Source of the DNA: Candidatus Nealsonbacteria bacterium
GTDB lineage: Bacteria; Patescibacteriota; Minisyncoccia; Minisyncoccales; PWPS01
Direction: 5' to 3'
DNA: 45,284 bases
Assembly: GCA_003557065.1 (NCBI GenBank)
Contig: PWPS01000001.1
Span: 1 to 45,284, forward strand
Under the pieces are notes generated by a model. The model was not told where the DNA came from and did not search any database. It worked only from the letters and a program-made list of their open reading frames with translations. The position numbers and the translations under genes are program-made. Of this stretch, positions 31,508-41,535 are shown piece after piece (the first letter of the stretch is position 1; each line of letters begins with the position of its first letter).

Positions 31508-32986
31508 CTAGAGATCGGGTAAAACTTTTTTCGTCGTGTAGGCCACAAGTATATCATTCTCTTCTATCTTTTGCTCTCCTTCAAAAAGCATACCGAACTC
31601 TTCTCTTTCGGGAATTTTGTCTACATCTTTTTCTTCTTTCTTCAAATTAATAAGTTTTCCTTTTCCGATTTCCTCACCATTCCTTTGAATCTTTACCTCA
31701 ACCCCTTTATTAATTTCACCTTCCGAAACTTTCCCTCCTAGAATTTGTCTTCTTTTGTCCGTTTTAAAAACTGCGAGTATTTTTATTTTTCCTTCTTCTT
31801 CTTCCACTATTTCCGGATCAAGTAGTTTTGCCATCTCAATTCTAACCTCTTCTATCAGGTCATAAATTACATCATGGGTTAAGGCATCTATCTTATTTTG
31901 AACCATTAAATCTTTCGCAGTCCTTCCAACATTAACTCTGTAAGCCAACAAAACTCCGCCGCAGGTTTTCACTAAATCTACATCACTTTCGTTAATATCT
32001 CCTATCCCCGCACTAACAACATTAATTCCCACTCTTTCCCTGGGCAGCTTCTCAAACATGTTCTTGATAGCCTCGAGAGATCCCAAGACATCGGCTTTAA
32101 TGACAACATTTAAAGAATTTTTCTGAGACGAAGTCAATTCTTGAAAACTAACAACTCCTTTTTCATTTATTTTTGCTTCTTTCGCTTCGTTTTGATCTTT
32201 AAAAACCTTAAAATTTTCGCCGACATGAGGGTTCATTTTTAATCCGGAAACTCTTGCTGGCATCGAAGGAAATACTTTTTCAATTTTTTCTCCCTGAAAG
32301 TTTCTTATCTCTCTTATGGTTCCATAACAGCAATCCGTTCCGACTATATCTCCTTTCTTCAAAACTCCTTCTTGAACCAAGAGAGTCGCACTAACACCTT
32401 CCTTGGAGTCGACATTCGTTTCGATAATCACTCCTTCCGCTTTTTTTTCATAATCGGCTTCTATCTCTTCCATCTCAGCTAAAAGAATGATCATTTCCAA
32501 AAGCTCATCCATTCCTTCTTTTTTGATCGCAGATATTTCTACGCAAGGAATATCTCCTCCGTAGGATTCCACTATCAATCCCTCGCCGGATAATTCCTGT
32601 TTTACCTTTTCCGGATTCGCTCCACTTTTATCCATTTTATTGAATGCGATCAAGAAAGGTATATTGGCATCTTTCAGATGATTAATTGCTTCCACGGTTT
32701 GTTTTTTAACCCCTTCATCCGCAGCAATTACCAATATCCCTATATCCGCAACTTCTGCTCCACGTGATCTCATCGCGGAAAAGGCTTCGTGTCCGGGAGT
32801 ATCTATAAAGGTAATTTGTTCACCGTCTTGCTCTACGGTATACGCCCCCATATGCTGAGTTATTCCTCCCGATTCTTTATCGGTTATTTTTAAATCTTTT
32901 ATCGCCTCCAGAAGAGAACTCTTACCATGATCGACATGGCCCAAAATAGCTACTACGGGAGGTCTTTTTTTAATCTTTTCAGTCAT
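31508..32986 (-). CDS. infB: Translation initiation factor IF-2 (short form lacking the N-terminal region)
   Basis: 492 aa, beginning almost directly at the G domain (RPPVVAILGHVDHGKSSLL, DTPGHEAF, NKMD). Domains II-IV follow. Confidence 0.93.
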   Translation of the reverse strand: MTEKIKKRPPVVAILGHVDHGKSSLLEAIKDLKITDKESGGITQHMGAYTVEQDGEQITFIDTPGHEAFSAMRSRGAEVADIGILVIAADEGVKKQTVEAINHLKDANIPFLIAFNKMDKSGANPEKVKQELSGEGLIVESYGGDIPCVEISAIKKEGMDELLEMIILLAEMEEIEADYEKKAEGVIIETNVDSKEGVSATLLVQEGVLKKGDIVGTDCCYGTIREIRNFQGEKIEKVFPSMPARVSGLKMNPHVGENFKVFKDQNEAKEAKINEKGVVSFQELTSSQKNSLNVVIKADVLGSLEAIKNMFEKLPRERVGINVVSAGIGDINESDVDLVKTCGGVLLAYRVNVGRTAKDLMVQNKIDALTHDVIYDLIEEVRIEMAKLLDPEIVEEEEGKIKILAVFKTDKRRQILGGKVSEGEINKGVEVKIQRNGEEIGKGKLINLKKEEKDVDKIPEREEFGMLFEGEQKIEENDILVAYTTKKVLPDL

Positions 32987-33038
32987 ACTTTTTTTATTTT
33001 AACCCTAATCCGATGAATCACTTACCGATTGTTACTTT

Positions 33039-33126
33039 TGGCGGTGGGAGTGGGATTCGAACCCACGAACTCCTATGAGTTAACGGTTTTCGAAACCGCC
33101 GCCTTAAGCCGCTCGGCCATCCCACC
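33039..33126 (-). tRNA. tRNA-Ser (anticodon CGA), CCA encoded
   Basis: Acceptor GGTGGGA/TCCCACC, anticodon stem GCGGT/ACCGT with loop TTCGAAA, long variable arm, T-arm GTGGG-TTCGAAT-CCCAC. Confidence 0.9.
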
Positions 33127-33172
33127 TTGAAGTAAGTGAGTTTAAGCGAAAAAAATATATTCGCCCTTCTTT

Positions 33173-33249
33173 TGGTGGACCCGGCGAGACTCGAACTCGC
33201 GACCTCATGCGTGCCACGCATGCGCTCTAGCCAACTGAGCTACGGGCCC
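33173..33249 (-). tRNA. tRNA-Ala (anticodon GGC), CCA encoded
   Basis: Acceptor GGGCCCG/CGGGTCC with the G3:U70 alanine identity pair, anticodon stem CATGC/GCATG with loop GTGGCAC, T-arm GCGAG-TTCGAGT-CTCGC. Confidence 0.9.
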
Positions 33250-33331
33250 GAATAAATTGCTTATAAATCTTTTTTTATTATAACTAAATTTCTTCTTTTA
33301 TTCAAGGTGTCTCAACTTTTTCTTCAATACA

Positions 33332-33733
33332 TTAAAGAACCGTTACTCTTCTTCCTTCTGGAATTATTTCCAGTTTGATTCTTTTCCATTTTATTTTTTG
33401 ATTTATTTTCTCCGGCCACTCGATAATAACAATTCCATTATTATTATCCAAAATTTCTTTGATTCCTATTTCTTGCAAATCCGTTTCAGCTCTATAGCAG
33501 TCTATATGATACAAATAATCAAAATTTTCATTTTTAATTTCATATTTTTTCATGATTACAAAAGTAGGGCTGGTTACATCCCTTATCCCGAAATACTCAC
33601 AAAAACCTTTGGCAAAAGTTGTCTTGCCGCTTCCCAAATCACCTTCAAGTAAGATTATTCTTTCTTTAGTTTCAGAAGCTATTTTTTTTCCGAAATTTCG
33701 CATCTCCTCTTCGTTGTCAATGATAATTTCCAT
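33332..33733 (-). CDS. tsaE: tRNA threonylcarbamoyladenosine biosynthesis ATPase TsaE
   Basis: 133 aa. P-loop LEGDLGSGKTTFAKG, then V.SPTFVI and HIDCYR motifs. Confidence 0.88.
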   Translation of the reverse strand: MEIIIDNEEEMRNFGKKIASETKERIILLEGDLGSGKTTFAKGFCEYFGIRDVTSPTFVIMKKYEIKNENFDYLYHIDCYRAETDLQEIGIKEILDNNNGIVIIEWPEKINQKIKWKRIKLEIIPEGRRVTVL

Positions 33734-33790
33734 AAATTGACTTTAAGCTTAGTTTGGGTTAAAGTTTAACATAGTAAAGATATTTTTTCC

Positions 33791-35104
33791 ATGGAAAAAA
33801 GAGATAAAATAACTGAAGAAATAACCATCCCGGAAACTCTTGCAAGTGAGATTGAAAGAAAAATAAGAAACCTACCCTCATTAAAAGAAGAGATTCGATT
33901 TAATCTGGAAAAAGATACTTCCGAATTTTTGAATATCATAATGGCCGGAGGAATTTCTCTTGGAACTTCGGATATACATATCGAGCCGACTGAAGAAGAC
34001 GCTAAAATAAGAATCAGAGTAGATGGAGTATTGCAAGATGTAATAGTGATAAAAAGAGAGATATACAATAAAACTCTCTCTAGAATAAAATTAATTTCGG
34101 GAGTAAAATTGAACGTTGAAAATAAACCTCAAGATGGAAGATTCTCAATACTATATCCGGGTGAAAAAAGAAGCTATTCGATTGAAATAAGGATGTCCAC
34201 CCTGCCTTCGGAATATGGGGAAACCGTAGTGATGAGAATATTGGATCCTCGAAAGTTAATAACCTTGGACAAATTGGGTCTCAGGAAAGATTTGGAGGAA
34301 ATATTTAAAAGAGAAATAAAGAGACCTAATGGAATGATAATCGTGACCGGACCGACGGGATCAGGTAAAACGACTACCCTATATGCCTTCTTAAAATACA
34401 TTAGAAATCCCGGTATAAAAATTATAACCATAGAAGATCCGATTGAATATCATTTGGATGGAATATCTCAAACCGAAGTTTCTCCCGATAAGGGTTATGA
34501 CTTTGCCAACGGATTAAGGGCTATCGTAAGACAAGACCCCGATGCCATTTTGGTTGGTGAGATAAGAGATCTGGAAACCGCAAGCATAGGTCTCCAGGCC
34601 GCTTTGACCGGACATACGGTTTTTAGCACGCTTCACACCAACGATGCTGCCGGAGCGATTCCTCGTCTTCAAGCTCTTGGAGAAAAGCCTGTAAATATTG
34701 CTCCCGGATTGAACGTAATAATTGCCCAAAGACTAATAAGAAGGCTTTGCCCGAGGTGTAAAGAGGAAATTGAAATGAGTGAAAACTTGTTTAATATAAT
34801 AGATTCCGAACTTAAAAAAATATCAAAAGACTTACACCCAGCCTATTTCAAAGGAATGACGATATATCAAACAAAGGGATGTAAAGAGTGTAGTTTCACC
34901 GGTTATAAGGGCAGATTAGGTGTTTTTGAGGCTTTGGTTGTTGATGATGAGATTGAAGATTTTATCTTTTCCAATCCTTCAACTTCCGAGATAAAAAAAA
35001 TGGCGATTGAAAAAGGGATGATAACTTTAAAACAAGACGGCTTCATCAAGATAATTAGGGGTGAAACGGACAAAGAAGAAATTGAACGTGTAGTAGGGTT
35101 ATGA
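33791..35104 (+). CDS. Second GspE/PilB-family secretion ATPase (short, no T2SSE_N domain)
   Basis: 437 aa. Walker A GPTGSGKTTT, ILVGEIRD, tetracysteine CPRC..CKEC. Paralogous to pilB at 3677-5437. Its TGA stop overlaps the ruvB ATG (ATGA at 35101-35104). Confidence 0.88.
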   Translation: MEKRDKITEEITIPETLASEIERKIRNLPSLKEEIRFNLEKDTSEFLNIIMAGGISLGTSDIHIEPTEEDAKIRIRVDGVLQDVIVIKREIYNKTLSRIKLISGVKLNVENKPQDGRFSILYPGEKRSYSIEIRMSTLPSEYGETVVMRILDPRKLITLDKLGLRKDLEEIFKREIKRPNGMIIVTGPTGSGKTTTLYAFLKYIRNPGIKIITIEDPIEYHLDGISQTEVSPDKGYDFANGLRAIVRQDPDAILVGEIRDLETASIGLQAALTGHTVFSTLHTNDAAGAIPRLQALGEKPVNIAPGLNVIIAQRLIRRLCPRCKEEIEMSENLFNIIDSELKKISKDLHPAYFKGMTIYQTKGCKECSFTGYKGRLGVFEALVVDDEIEDFIFSNPSTSEIKKMAIEKGMITLKQDGFIKIIRGETDKEEIERVVGL

Positions 35105-36087
35105 CAAAAAAAACAACTCCCATACAAATTGAAGAAGATAAGACGTTAGACTTGGCTTTGCGGCCTGAAACCTGGGATGAATACATAGGACAAGAGAAGG
35201 TCAAAAAGAATGTTAAAATAATGATTCAGGCTTCCGAAAAAAGGGGGGAGGCCGCTCCCGAGCATATGCTTTTTTATGGAAATTCCGGGTTGGGAAAGAC
35301 TACTCTTGCATATTTGATAGGAAGAGAAACCGGAAGAAGTGTCAGGGTTACTTCCGGTCCGGCCATCAAAAAAACAGGTGAGTTGGCAGCGATACTAACC
35401 AATTTAACGGAAGGAGATATTCTCTTTATAGACGAAATTCATCGACTAAATAAAGTTTGTGAGGAAATAATCTATCCCGTTATGGAGGAATTCAGTCTTA
35501 ATTTAGTGGTTGGAAATGGACCAATGGCAAGAACCGTTGATTTAAATATTCCACGTTTTACCTTAATAGGAGCAACCACTCAACTTGCCCTCCTTTCCGG
35601 GCCACTTAGAAATCGCTTCGGCGCAAGCTTTAGACTTGAGCCCTATAACCAGAATGATATTGAGAAAATAATAGAAAGATCAGCCTCTCTTCTAGATATA
35701 AAAATAACAAAAGAATCGATTAAAATGATTGCTTCCAGATCCCGTTTTACCCCCAGAGTGGCTAATCGTCTATTAAAAAGAGTGAGAGATTTAGCTCAAG
35801 TGGAAGATCAAGATAAGATAACGCCGGAAATAGCGGAAAAAACTTTTTCCAATCTCAATATTGATGAAATGGGATTAGAATCGGGAGATATAAACATATT
35901 AGAAACTCTAATAGAAAAATTCAACGGAGGACCTGCAGGCATAGGAGCTTTGGCCGCAGCTTCCGATGAAAGAAAAGATACCATATTGGAGATATATGAA
36001 CCCTACTTGGTTCAGATAGGATTTATAAGAAGAACTTCACGTGGAAGAGTTCTTACGGACAAAGCCTACAATCACTTGAAAAAATAA
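35101..36087 (+). CDS. ruvB: Holliday junction branch-migration helicase RuvB
   Basis: 328 aa. LRPETWDEYIGQEKVK, Walker A GNSGLGKTTLA, Walker B LFIDEIHR, and a winged-helix C-terminus. Confidence 0.95.
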   Translation: MTKKTTPIQIEEDKTLDLALRPETWDEYIGQEKVKKNVKIMIQASEKRGEAAPEHMLFYGNSGLGKTTLAYLIGRETGRSVRVTSGPAIKKTGELAAILTNLTEGDILFIDEIHRLNKVCEEIIYPVMEEFSLNLVVGNGPMARTVDLNIPRFTLIGATTQLALLSGPLRNRFGASFRLEPYNQNDIEKIIERSASLLDIKITKESIKMIASRSRFTPRVANRLLKRVRDLAQVEDQDKITPEIAEKTFSNLNIDEMGLESGDINILETLIEKFNGGPAGIGALAAASDERKDTILEIYEPYLVQIGFIRRTSRGRVLTDKAYNHLKK

Positions 36088-36096
36088 GATAGAAAT

Positions 36097-36786
36097 ATGG
36101 CAGGACATAGTCACTGGAGTAACATAAAAAGAAAAAAAGAAGCAAAGGATAAAAAAAGATCCAAAGAATTTTCGCGTCTCTCAAAAATGATAATGACAGC
36201 CGTCAGAGAAGGAGGAAAAGATCCCGAAATGAATCCTTCTTTAAAGCTAGCCATAGAAAAGGCAAAAGAAGGTGATATGCCCAAAGATAATATAGAAAAA
36301 GCTATTAAAAAAGGTGCTGGAGAGGGTGAAGAGGGAGCACTGGAAGATTTCATCCTTGAGCTTTACGGACCGGACGGTTTAGCCGTAATTATAAAGGGAT
36401 CAACGGATAATAAAAATCGAACGGTATCCCAAGTAAATCAAATATTGAAATCTTCAGGGGGTAAAATGGCTAAACCCGGATCGGTAAAATGGCTTTTTGA
36501 CAGAAAGGGTGTTATAGAAATTCCGAAGTCGGATGATAATGAACTAAAAGCAATTGATGCAGGAGCCGAGGCAATAAACCACAAAGAAGACACAATGCTA
36601 ATTTACACATCTCCGGATAATTTAAATGAAGTTAAATCAATCTTAAAAAAAGATGTGGAAATTGACTCCTACGATCTTGGATATAAACCTAAAGCCAAAT
36701 CGGAACCCCATGAAAAATACGAAAGATTTTTAAGTGATTTAGAGGAGCATGACGATGTAGAACAAGTTTATTTCACTATAAGATGA
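36097..36786 (+). CDS. yebC: YebC/PmpR (TACO1) family DNA-binding regulator
   Basis: MAGHSHWSNIKRKKEAKDKKRSKEFSRLSKMI is the family's hallmark N-terminus. 229 aa. Confidence 0.92.
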   Translation: MAGHSHWSNIKRKKEAKDKKRSKEFSRLSKMIMTAVREGGKDPEMNPSLKLAIEKAKEGDMPKDNIEKAIKKGAGEGEEGALEDFILELYGPDGLAVIIKGSTDNKNRTVSQVNQILKSSGGKMAKPGSVKWLFDRKGVIEIPKSDDNELKAIDAGAEAINHKEDTMLIYTSPDNLNEVKSILKKDVEIDSYDLGYKPKAKSEPHEKYERFLSDLEEHDDVEQVYFTIR

Positions 36787-37268
36787 AAATATTAGGAATC
36801 GATCCCGGAACCGCTACTATGGGCTATGGTGTGATAGAAAAAGACGGCCTAACTTTAAGGTGTTTAGAATATGGTTTAATAGAAACGGATAAACAATTAT
36901 CTGACTCGATACGTTTAAAAGAGATAGATGCCGAATTAGAAAAAATATTTTCCGAACATTTACCGGACGTTCTCGCTATAGAAAAAGTTTATTTCAGAAA
37001 AAATGTAAAAACAGCTATGACGGTAAGTCAGGCCAAAGGAATAGTCATGTTAAAAGCCGCTCGAAAAGAAATTGCCGTTTATGAGTTCACTCCATCTCAA
37101 ATTAAAGCGACCGTAACCGGTCATGGCAGTGCCACCAAACTTCAAGTTCAGGAAATGATAAAATCACAATTGAAACTCAAAGATAAACCTCACCCGGATG
37201 ATGCAGCGGATGCTCTCGGAGCCGCAATTTGTGGTTCACAAAAAATAAATAGAGATTCCTTGATTTAA
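36783..37268 (+). CDS. ruvC: Holliday junction resolvase RuvC
   Basis: 161 aa. MKILGIDPGTATMGYGVIE, AIEKVYF, PDDAADALGAAIC catalytic acidic motifs. ATGA overlap with yebC. Confidence 0.92.
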   Translation: MKILGIDPGTATMGYGVIEKDGLTLRCLEYGLIETDKQLSDSIRLKEIDAELEKIFSEHLPDVLAIEKVYFRKNVKTAMTVSQAKGIVMLKAARKEIAVYEFTPSQIKATVTGHGSATKLQVQEMIKSQLKLKDKPHPDDAADALGAAICGSQKINRDSLI

Positions 37269-38450
37269 TTAATTTATTTTAGCAAATCTTCGTTTCCCTA
37301 TTTGAATAACAGTCCCTTTTTTTATCTTTATTTCCTCCTTCCAGTCATTTATCTTTTTCCCATCCAGGCTAACCGCCCCCTGATCTATTAGGCGCTTCGC
37401 TTGGGATTTCGATTTAATCAAACCGGTTGAATAAACAAGATCAAGAGCTCCCATACTTTTTTCATCTACTTTTATCTCGGGCATATCTCCGGGATTCTTC
37501 CCTTCTTCAAAAACTTTTTCAAATTCTTTTCTAGCTCTTTTTGCTTCACCTTTTCCGTGATACAAGCTCACTATTTCTTCCGCTAATTCCTTTTTAATTT
37601 TTTTAGGATTTTCCTCACTAATTCTTTTTTTAACCGTTTCCATTTCTTCTTGAGAATAGAATGCACACAGGTTAAAATAGTCTATCATCAGCTCATCGTT
37701 AAGAGACATTATCTTTCCGAACATATCCTCCGGCTCATCCACAATTGTTACCACATTTCCCCAACTGGTAGACATTTTTCTACCATCAAGACCATAAAGC
37801 ATCTGAGATGTCATTATTTGTTGGGGTTCTTGATCAAATATCTTTTGGATTTTTCTTCCCGCCTTTAAATTGAATAACTGGTCAAAGCCTCCAATTTCAA
37901 CATCAGCTTCTACGGCAACCGAATCGTACCCTTGTAAAAGAGGATAGGTCATTTCATGAAGACCTATCGGCTTATCTTCATCCCATCTTTCTTTAAAATT
38001 CCTTCTTCTTATGAGTTGTTGGGCTGTAAAACTCATCGCCAAAGAGATAAATTTATCAATATTCATTTTACCGAGCCATTCACTATTATATCTTAATTCT
38101 ACCTTACTCATATCCAAAATTTTCCCGATTTGTTCTACATACCCTTTCATATTTTCTTTTATCTCTTTCTCGGTTAAGGGGGTTCTCATAGCCTGCTTAT
38201 CCGAAGCATCCCCTATTTGTGCAGTAAAATCACCGATAATAAGAACAATTTGATGTCCCAAATCTTGAAAAGCCTTTAGTTTCCAAAATTGAGAAGCTCT
38301 CCCCAGATGAATTTTAGGACCGGTAGGGTCAACCCCCAGTTTAATTCTCAACTTTTCTCCTGACTCGAGCTTTTTTCTTAAAACATTCTTATCTATAACA
38401 TCCTCTACACCTCTACTTAATATATCTTCTATTTTTTCTTTTTTATTCAT
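37269..38450 (-). CDS. tyrS: Tyrosine--tRNA ligase
   Basis: 393 aa. HIGH-type IHLGR, IGDFTAQIGDASDK, KMSTS loop, and a C-terminal S4 domain (SKSQAKRLIDQGAVSLDGKKI). Confidence 0.9.
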   Translation of the reverse strand: MNKKEKIEDILSRGVEDVIDKNVLRKKLESGEKLRIKLGVDPTGPKIHLGRASQFWKLKAFQDLGHQIVLIIGDFTAQIGDASDKQAMRTPLTEKEIKENMKGYVEQIGKILDMSKVELRYNSEWLGKMNIDKFISLAMSFTAQQLIRRRNFKERWDEDKPIGLHEMTYPLLQGYDSVAVEADVEIGGFDQLFNLKAGRKIQKIFDQEPQQIMTSQMLYGLDGRKMSTSWGNVVTIVDEPEDMFGKIMSLNDELMIDYFNLCAFYSQEEMETVKKRISEENPKKIKKELAEEIVSLYHGKGEAKRARKEFEKVFEEGKNPGDMPEIKVDEKSMGALDLVYSTGLIKSKSQAKRLIDQGAVSLDGKKINDWKEEIKIKKGTVIQIGKRRFAKIN

Positions 38451-38514
38451 GATTTTTATTTTTGTAATTCTACCATAAACACAACCAATTTTAAATTGAT
38501 GAAATAAAAAATAA

Positions 38515-38523
38515 TGGTATAAT
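38515..38523 (+). promoter_or_regulatory. Candidate extended -10 element (TGgTATAAT) for the PBP gene
   Basis: TGGTATAAT ends 10 nt before the ATG at 38534, which implies a near-leaderless transcript. No convincing -35. Pattern match only. Confidence 0.3.
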
Positions 38524-38533
38524 ATTAAACGAC

Positions 38534-40417
38534 ATGAAGAGAAAATTCAAAAAAATCAAAAACTTCATAAGTGTACTATTTTATATAGTATCTATTTTAG
38601 TATTTTTAACGATATTCTTCGGTTCCGTAAGTTTTATTTATTTTGCCAGAGATCTCCCCCGTCCGGAAAATTTTGTAAGCCGGAGCATAAGTCAACCTAC
38701 TAGAATTTATGACAGAACCGGAGAACATCTTCTTTACACGATTCACGGAGAAGAAAGAAGGGATCTTGTTAATATAGAAGATATTCCGGATCATCTCATT
38801 TACGCCTTACTGGCAGCAGAAGATACGAGATTTTATAATCACTACGGAATAGATATAGAAGGAATAGGTAGGTCCATTTTAATTAATTTACGCGATAGAA
38901 ATCTCTCCGCCGGTGGTTCCACCATATCTCAACAACTTGTTAGAACAGCTCTTCTAACTCATGAAAAAACTTTTATGAGAAAAGTAAGAGAAATAATACT
39001 AACAATAGAGTTAGAAAGAAGATATACAAAAGATGAAATACTTGAATTTTATTTTAATCAAGTTCCATTCGGTCATAATGTCTATGGAATTGAAACTGCA
39101 GCACAATCATTTTTCAATAAATCAACATCGGATCTGACCATTGCGGAATCCGCTACTTTGGTTGCTATGATAAGATCCCCATCAGCTCTTTCTCCATACG
39201 GAGATAATTTGGAGTCTTTAATAGGCAGAAGAAATTACATCATAAACAGAATGAGAAGTCTTGGCTTTATTTCGGAAGAAAAAAGTTCCGCTTCGTTAAA
39301 TGAAGAACCTGAATTCTCACGTTTCAGAAATTATTTAAGAGCACCACACTTCGTTTTACAAGTAAAAGCTGACTTGGAGAATAGGTACGGATCAGATTTT
39401 TTAAACCAAAGCGGTTTAAAGATATATACGACTATTGATTTCGAATTACAAAGAAAAGCAGAAGGTGTTGCTAAATTATTTGCAGAAAGAAACAGTGAAA
39501 GATATAACGCTCACAATATATCAATAGTAATAATGGATCCGAGCACGGGAGATATCTTATCAATGGTCGGTTCAGCCGATTATTTTGGAGATAAATTTCC
39601 TTCGGATTGTATTCCCGGAAAATCTTGTCTTTTTGACCCCTATACAAATGTTTCTTTACGAGGAAGACAACCCGGTTCCGCTTTTAAGCCACTCGTTTAT
39701 GCTGAAGCTTTCAGAAATGGATATAGTGGAGAAACAATAGTGATTGATGAAAGAACAAACTTCGGAACACAAAGTAATCCTTATATACCCAGAAATTATG
39801 ACGGTAAATATCGCGGAGAAGTCTCTCTAAGAGATTCTTTAGCTCAATCACTAAATATACCCGCCGTAAAAGTTATGGCCGAAATGGCCGGTCTGAGACA
39901 AAGTATCGAAATGGCAGAAAGGTTCGGCATAACAACGTTTACCAGAGAACCACACTTCTACGGCTTACCTTTAGTTTTGGGAGGAGGAGAAGTGAAACTT
40001 TTAGAATTAACTTCCGCATATGGCGTTTTTGCAGCAGATGGATTAAGATCTCCCGCTTCTTTTATTTCGAAAATAGAGGACTCTTCAAATAATACGATAT
40101 TTCAAAGCAATTCAACTCCAAGAAGAATAATAGAATCAGAAATAGCAAAAGAAATAACCGATATATTAAGCGATAACAAGGCAAGATCTCCCGTTTTCGG
40201 TAGTAACTCCCTTTTACATTTTGAAAACCATAATGTAGCCGTAAAGACCGGAAGTACTCAAAATTTCAGGGATGGTTGGACTATAGGTTATACTTCCGAC
40301 GTCGTAATAGGTGTTTGGGCGGGAAATAATAACAATGAATCAATGATCAACGCTCCCGGCATCTCAGTGGCTGCTCCGGCTTGGAGAGTTTTAATGGAGG
40401 AATTTTTAAGTAATTAG
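38534..40417 (+). CDS. Class A penicillin-binding protein (GT51 glycosyltransferase + transpeptidase)
   Basis: 627 aa. N-terminal TM anchor, GT51 motifs AAEDTRFYNHYGID and GGSTISQQL, transpeptidase SxxK (GSAFKP) and KTGST. Confidence 0.92.
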   Translation: MKRKFKKIKNFISVLFYIVSILVFLTIFFGSVSFIYFARDLPRPENFVSRSISQPTRIYDRTGEHLLYTIHGEERRDLVNIEDIPDHLIYALLAAEDTRFYNHYGIDIEGIGRSILINLRDRNLSAGGSTISQQLVRTALLTHEKTFMRKVREIILTIELERRYTKDEILEFYFNQVPFGHNVYGIETAAQSFFNKSTSDLTIAESATLVAMIRSPSALSPYGDNLESLIGRRNYIINRMRSLGFISEEKSSASLNEEPEFSRFRNYLRAPHFVLQVKADLENRYGSDFLNQSGLKIYTTIDFELQRKAEGVAKLFAERNSERYNAHNISIVIMDPSTGDILSMVGSADYFGDKFPSDCIPGKSCLFDPYTNVSLRGRQPGSAFKPLVYAEAFRNGYSGETIVIDERTNFGTQSNPYIPRNYDGKYRGEVSLRDSLAQSLNIPAVKVMAEMAGLRQSIEMAERFGITTFTREPHFYGLPLVLGGGEVKLLELTSAYGVFAADGLRSPASFISKIEDSSNNTIFQSNSTPRRIIESEIAKEITDILSDNKARSPVFGSNSLLHFENHNVAVKTGSTQNFRDGWTIGYTSDVVIGVWAGNNNNESMINAPGISVAAPAWRVLMEEFLSN

Positions 40418-41535
40418 CCGTTTCTAATAGGCATTACCACATAAAGAAAATCATCATTTCCAACGGGAGTTATTTTTCCCGGACTGGAGTTGTTATTTAC
40501 GGAAAAAACTACTTCCGATGATTTTATTTCCGAAATACCATCTTTAAGAAAACGATGATTAAATGAAATATCAACTCCTCCTCCTTCCATTTTTCCTTTT
40601 ATCGTTGTTTTATAACTACCCAAATCTCTATCTTCACTAATAATTATCATTTCTCCCCCCTCATTAATTTTCAACGTAACTTCATTAATCTTACCACTAA
40701 ACAGACTGGCTGCTTTTATTTTATTCAAGAATTCTTCTTTATCCAATAATATTTCCGTATTGGTTTGTTGAGGAATAATGGTTTCATAGTTTGGATAATC
40801 ACCTTCTATCAATTTTGAAGTAAGTTGAATTTTGGGATGATCCAATTCTTCCATTTTGGACTCAAATAAGACTTGATTGGAATCAAATTTTATAATTACC
40901 TCTTTTTCATTATCGAATATATTTAAAAATTCTTTTGCTGTTTTTTGAGGTAATATAAAAGAAAATTCTTCATTTATTTTTTCTTCCAAATATATTATCT
41001 TTTCGGCTAACCTATAACTGTCGGTTGCCGCAATTTTCAAAATATTATTTTTAAACTGAAAGTAAACTCCTGAAATTTCAGGTTTAACTTTCGTGTTAGA
41101 AGGGATATCTACAACTTGTTTTAAACCTTCGAAAAGATTGGTTGTTTTTATTTTAATTTCACTTCCATCTTTCACTTCCGGAATTATAGGGAAATCATCC
41201 GCATCCAATCCTTTTATTTTAGTTTTATAATCACTACATTCTATCGATAAATTATTATCCCTTTCATTAAAATCAATTTTCTCTTCTTCAGGTAATAAAT
41301 TTATAAAGCTGGAAAAAACATCCAAGGGAACGGTGGTTTCTCCTTCTTCTTCAGATTTTGTAATAGACCACCACTTCACTCCCACTTCCAGATCCGTTGC
41401 CGATAAACATATCAAATTTTCCTCGGTTTTTATATGAATATTCTTTAAAATGGGTAAAGAAACCGATTTAGTAGTTACTCTACCTACTGTAACCAAACCT
41501 TCTTTTATTTTATTTTGAGGAATTTTGAATTTCAT
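40414..41535 (-). CDS. dnaN: DNA polymerase III beta sliding clamp
   Basis: 373 aa with a three-domain clamp pattern (..SLPILKNIHIKTEENLICLSATDLEVG..). Located directly downstream of dnaA. Confidence 0.9.
   Translation of the reverse strand: MKFKIPQNKIKEGLVTVGRVTTKSVSLPILKNIHIKTEENLICLSATDLEVGVKWWSITKSEEEGETTVPLDVFSSFINLLPEEEKIDFNERDNNLSIECSDYKTKIKGLDADDFPIIPEVKDGSEIKIKTTNLFEGLKQVVDIPSNTKVKPEISGVYFQFKNNILKIAATDSYRLAEKIIYLEEKINEEFSFILPQKTAKEFLNIFDNEKEVIIKFDSNQVLFESKMEELDHPKIQLTSKLIEGDYPNYETIIPQQTNTEILLDKEEFLNKIKAASLFSGKINEVTLKINEGGEMIIISEDRDLGSYKTTIKGKMEGGGVDISFNHRFLKDGISEIKSSEVVFSVNNNSSPGKITPVGNDDFLYVVMPIRNG

Noticed and set aside
33766-34068. 100-aa minus-strand ORF overlapping the start of the second PilB-like gene.
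   Set aside because: It is antisense to a strongly supported ATPase gene. The Ser/Ile-rich translation is typical of the reverse frame of AT-rich coding DNA. The same reasoning applies to the many other 60-130-aa antisense ORFs in the track inside pilB, pilT, gyrA, valS, recG, ftsH and dnaA.
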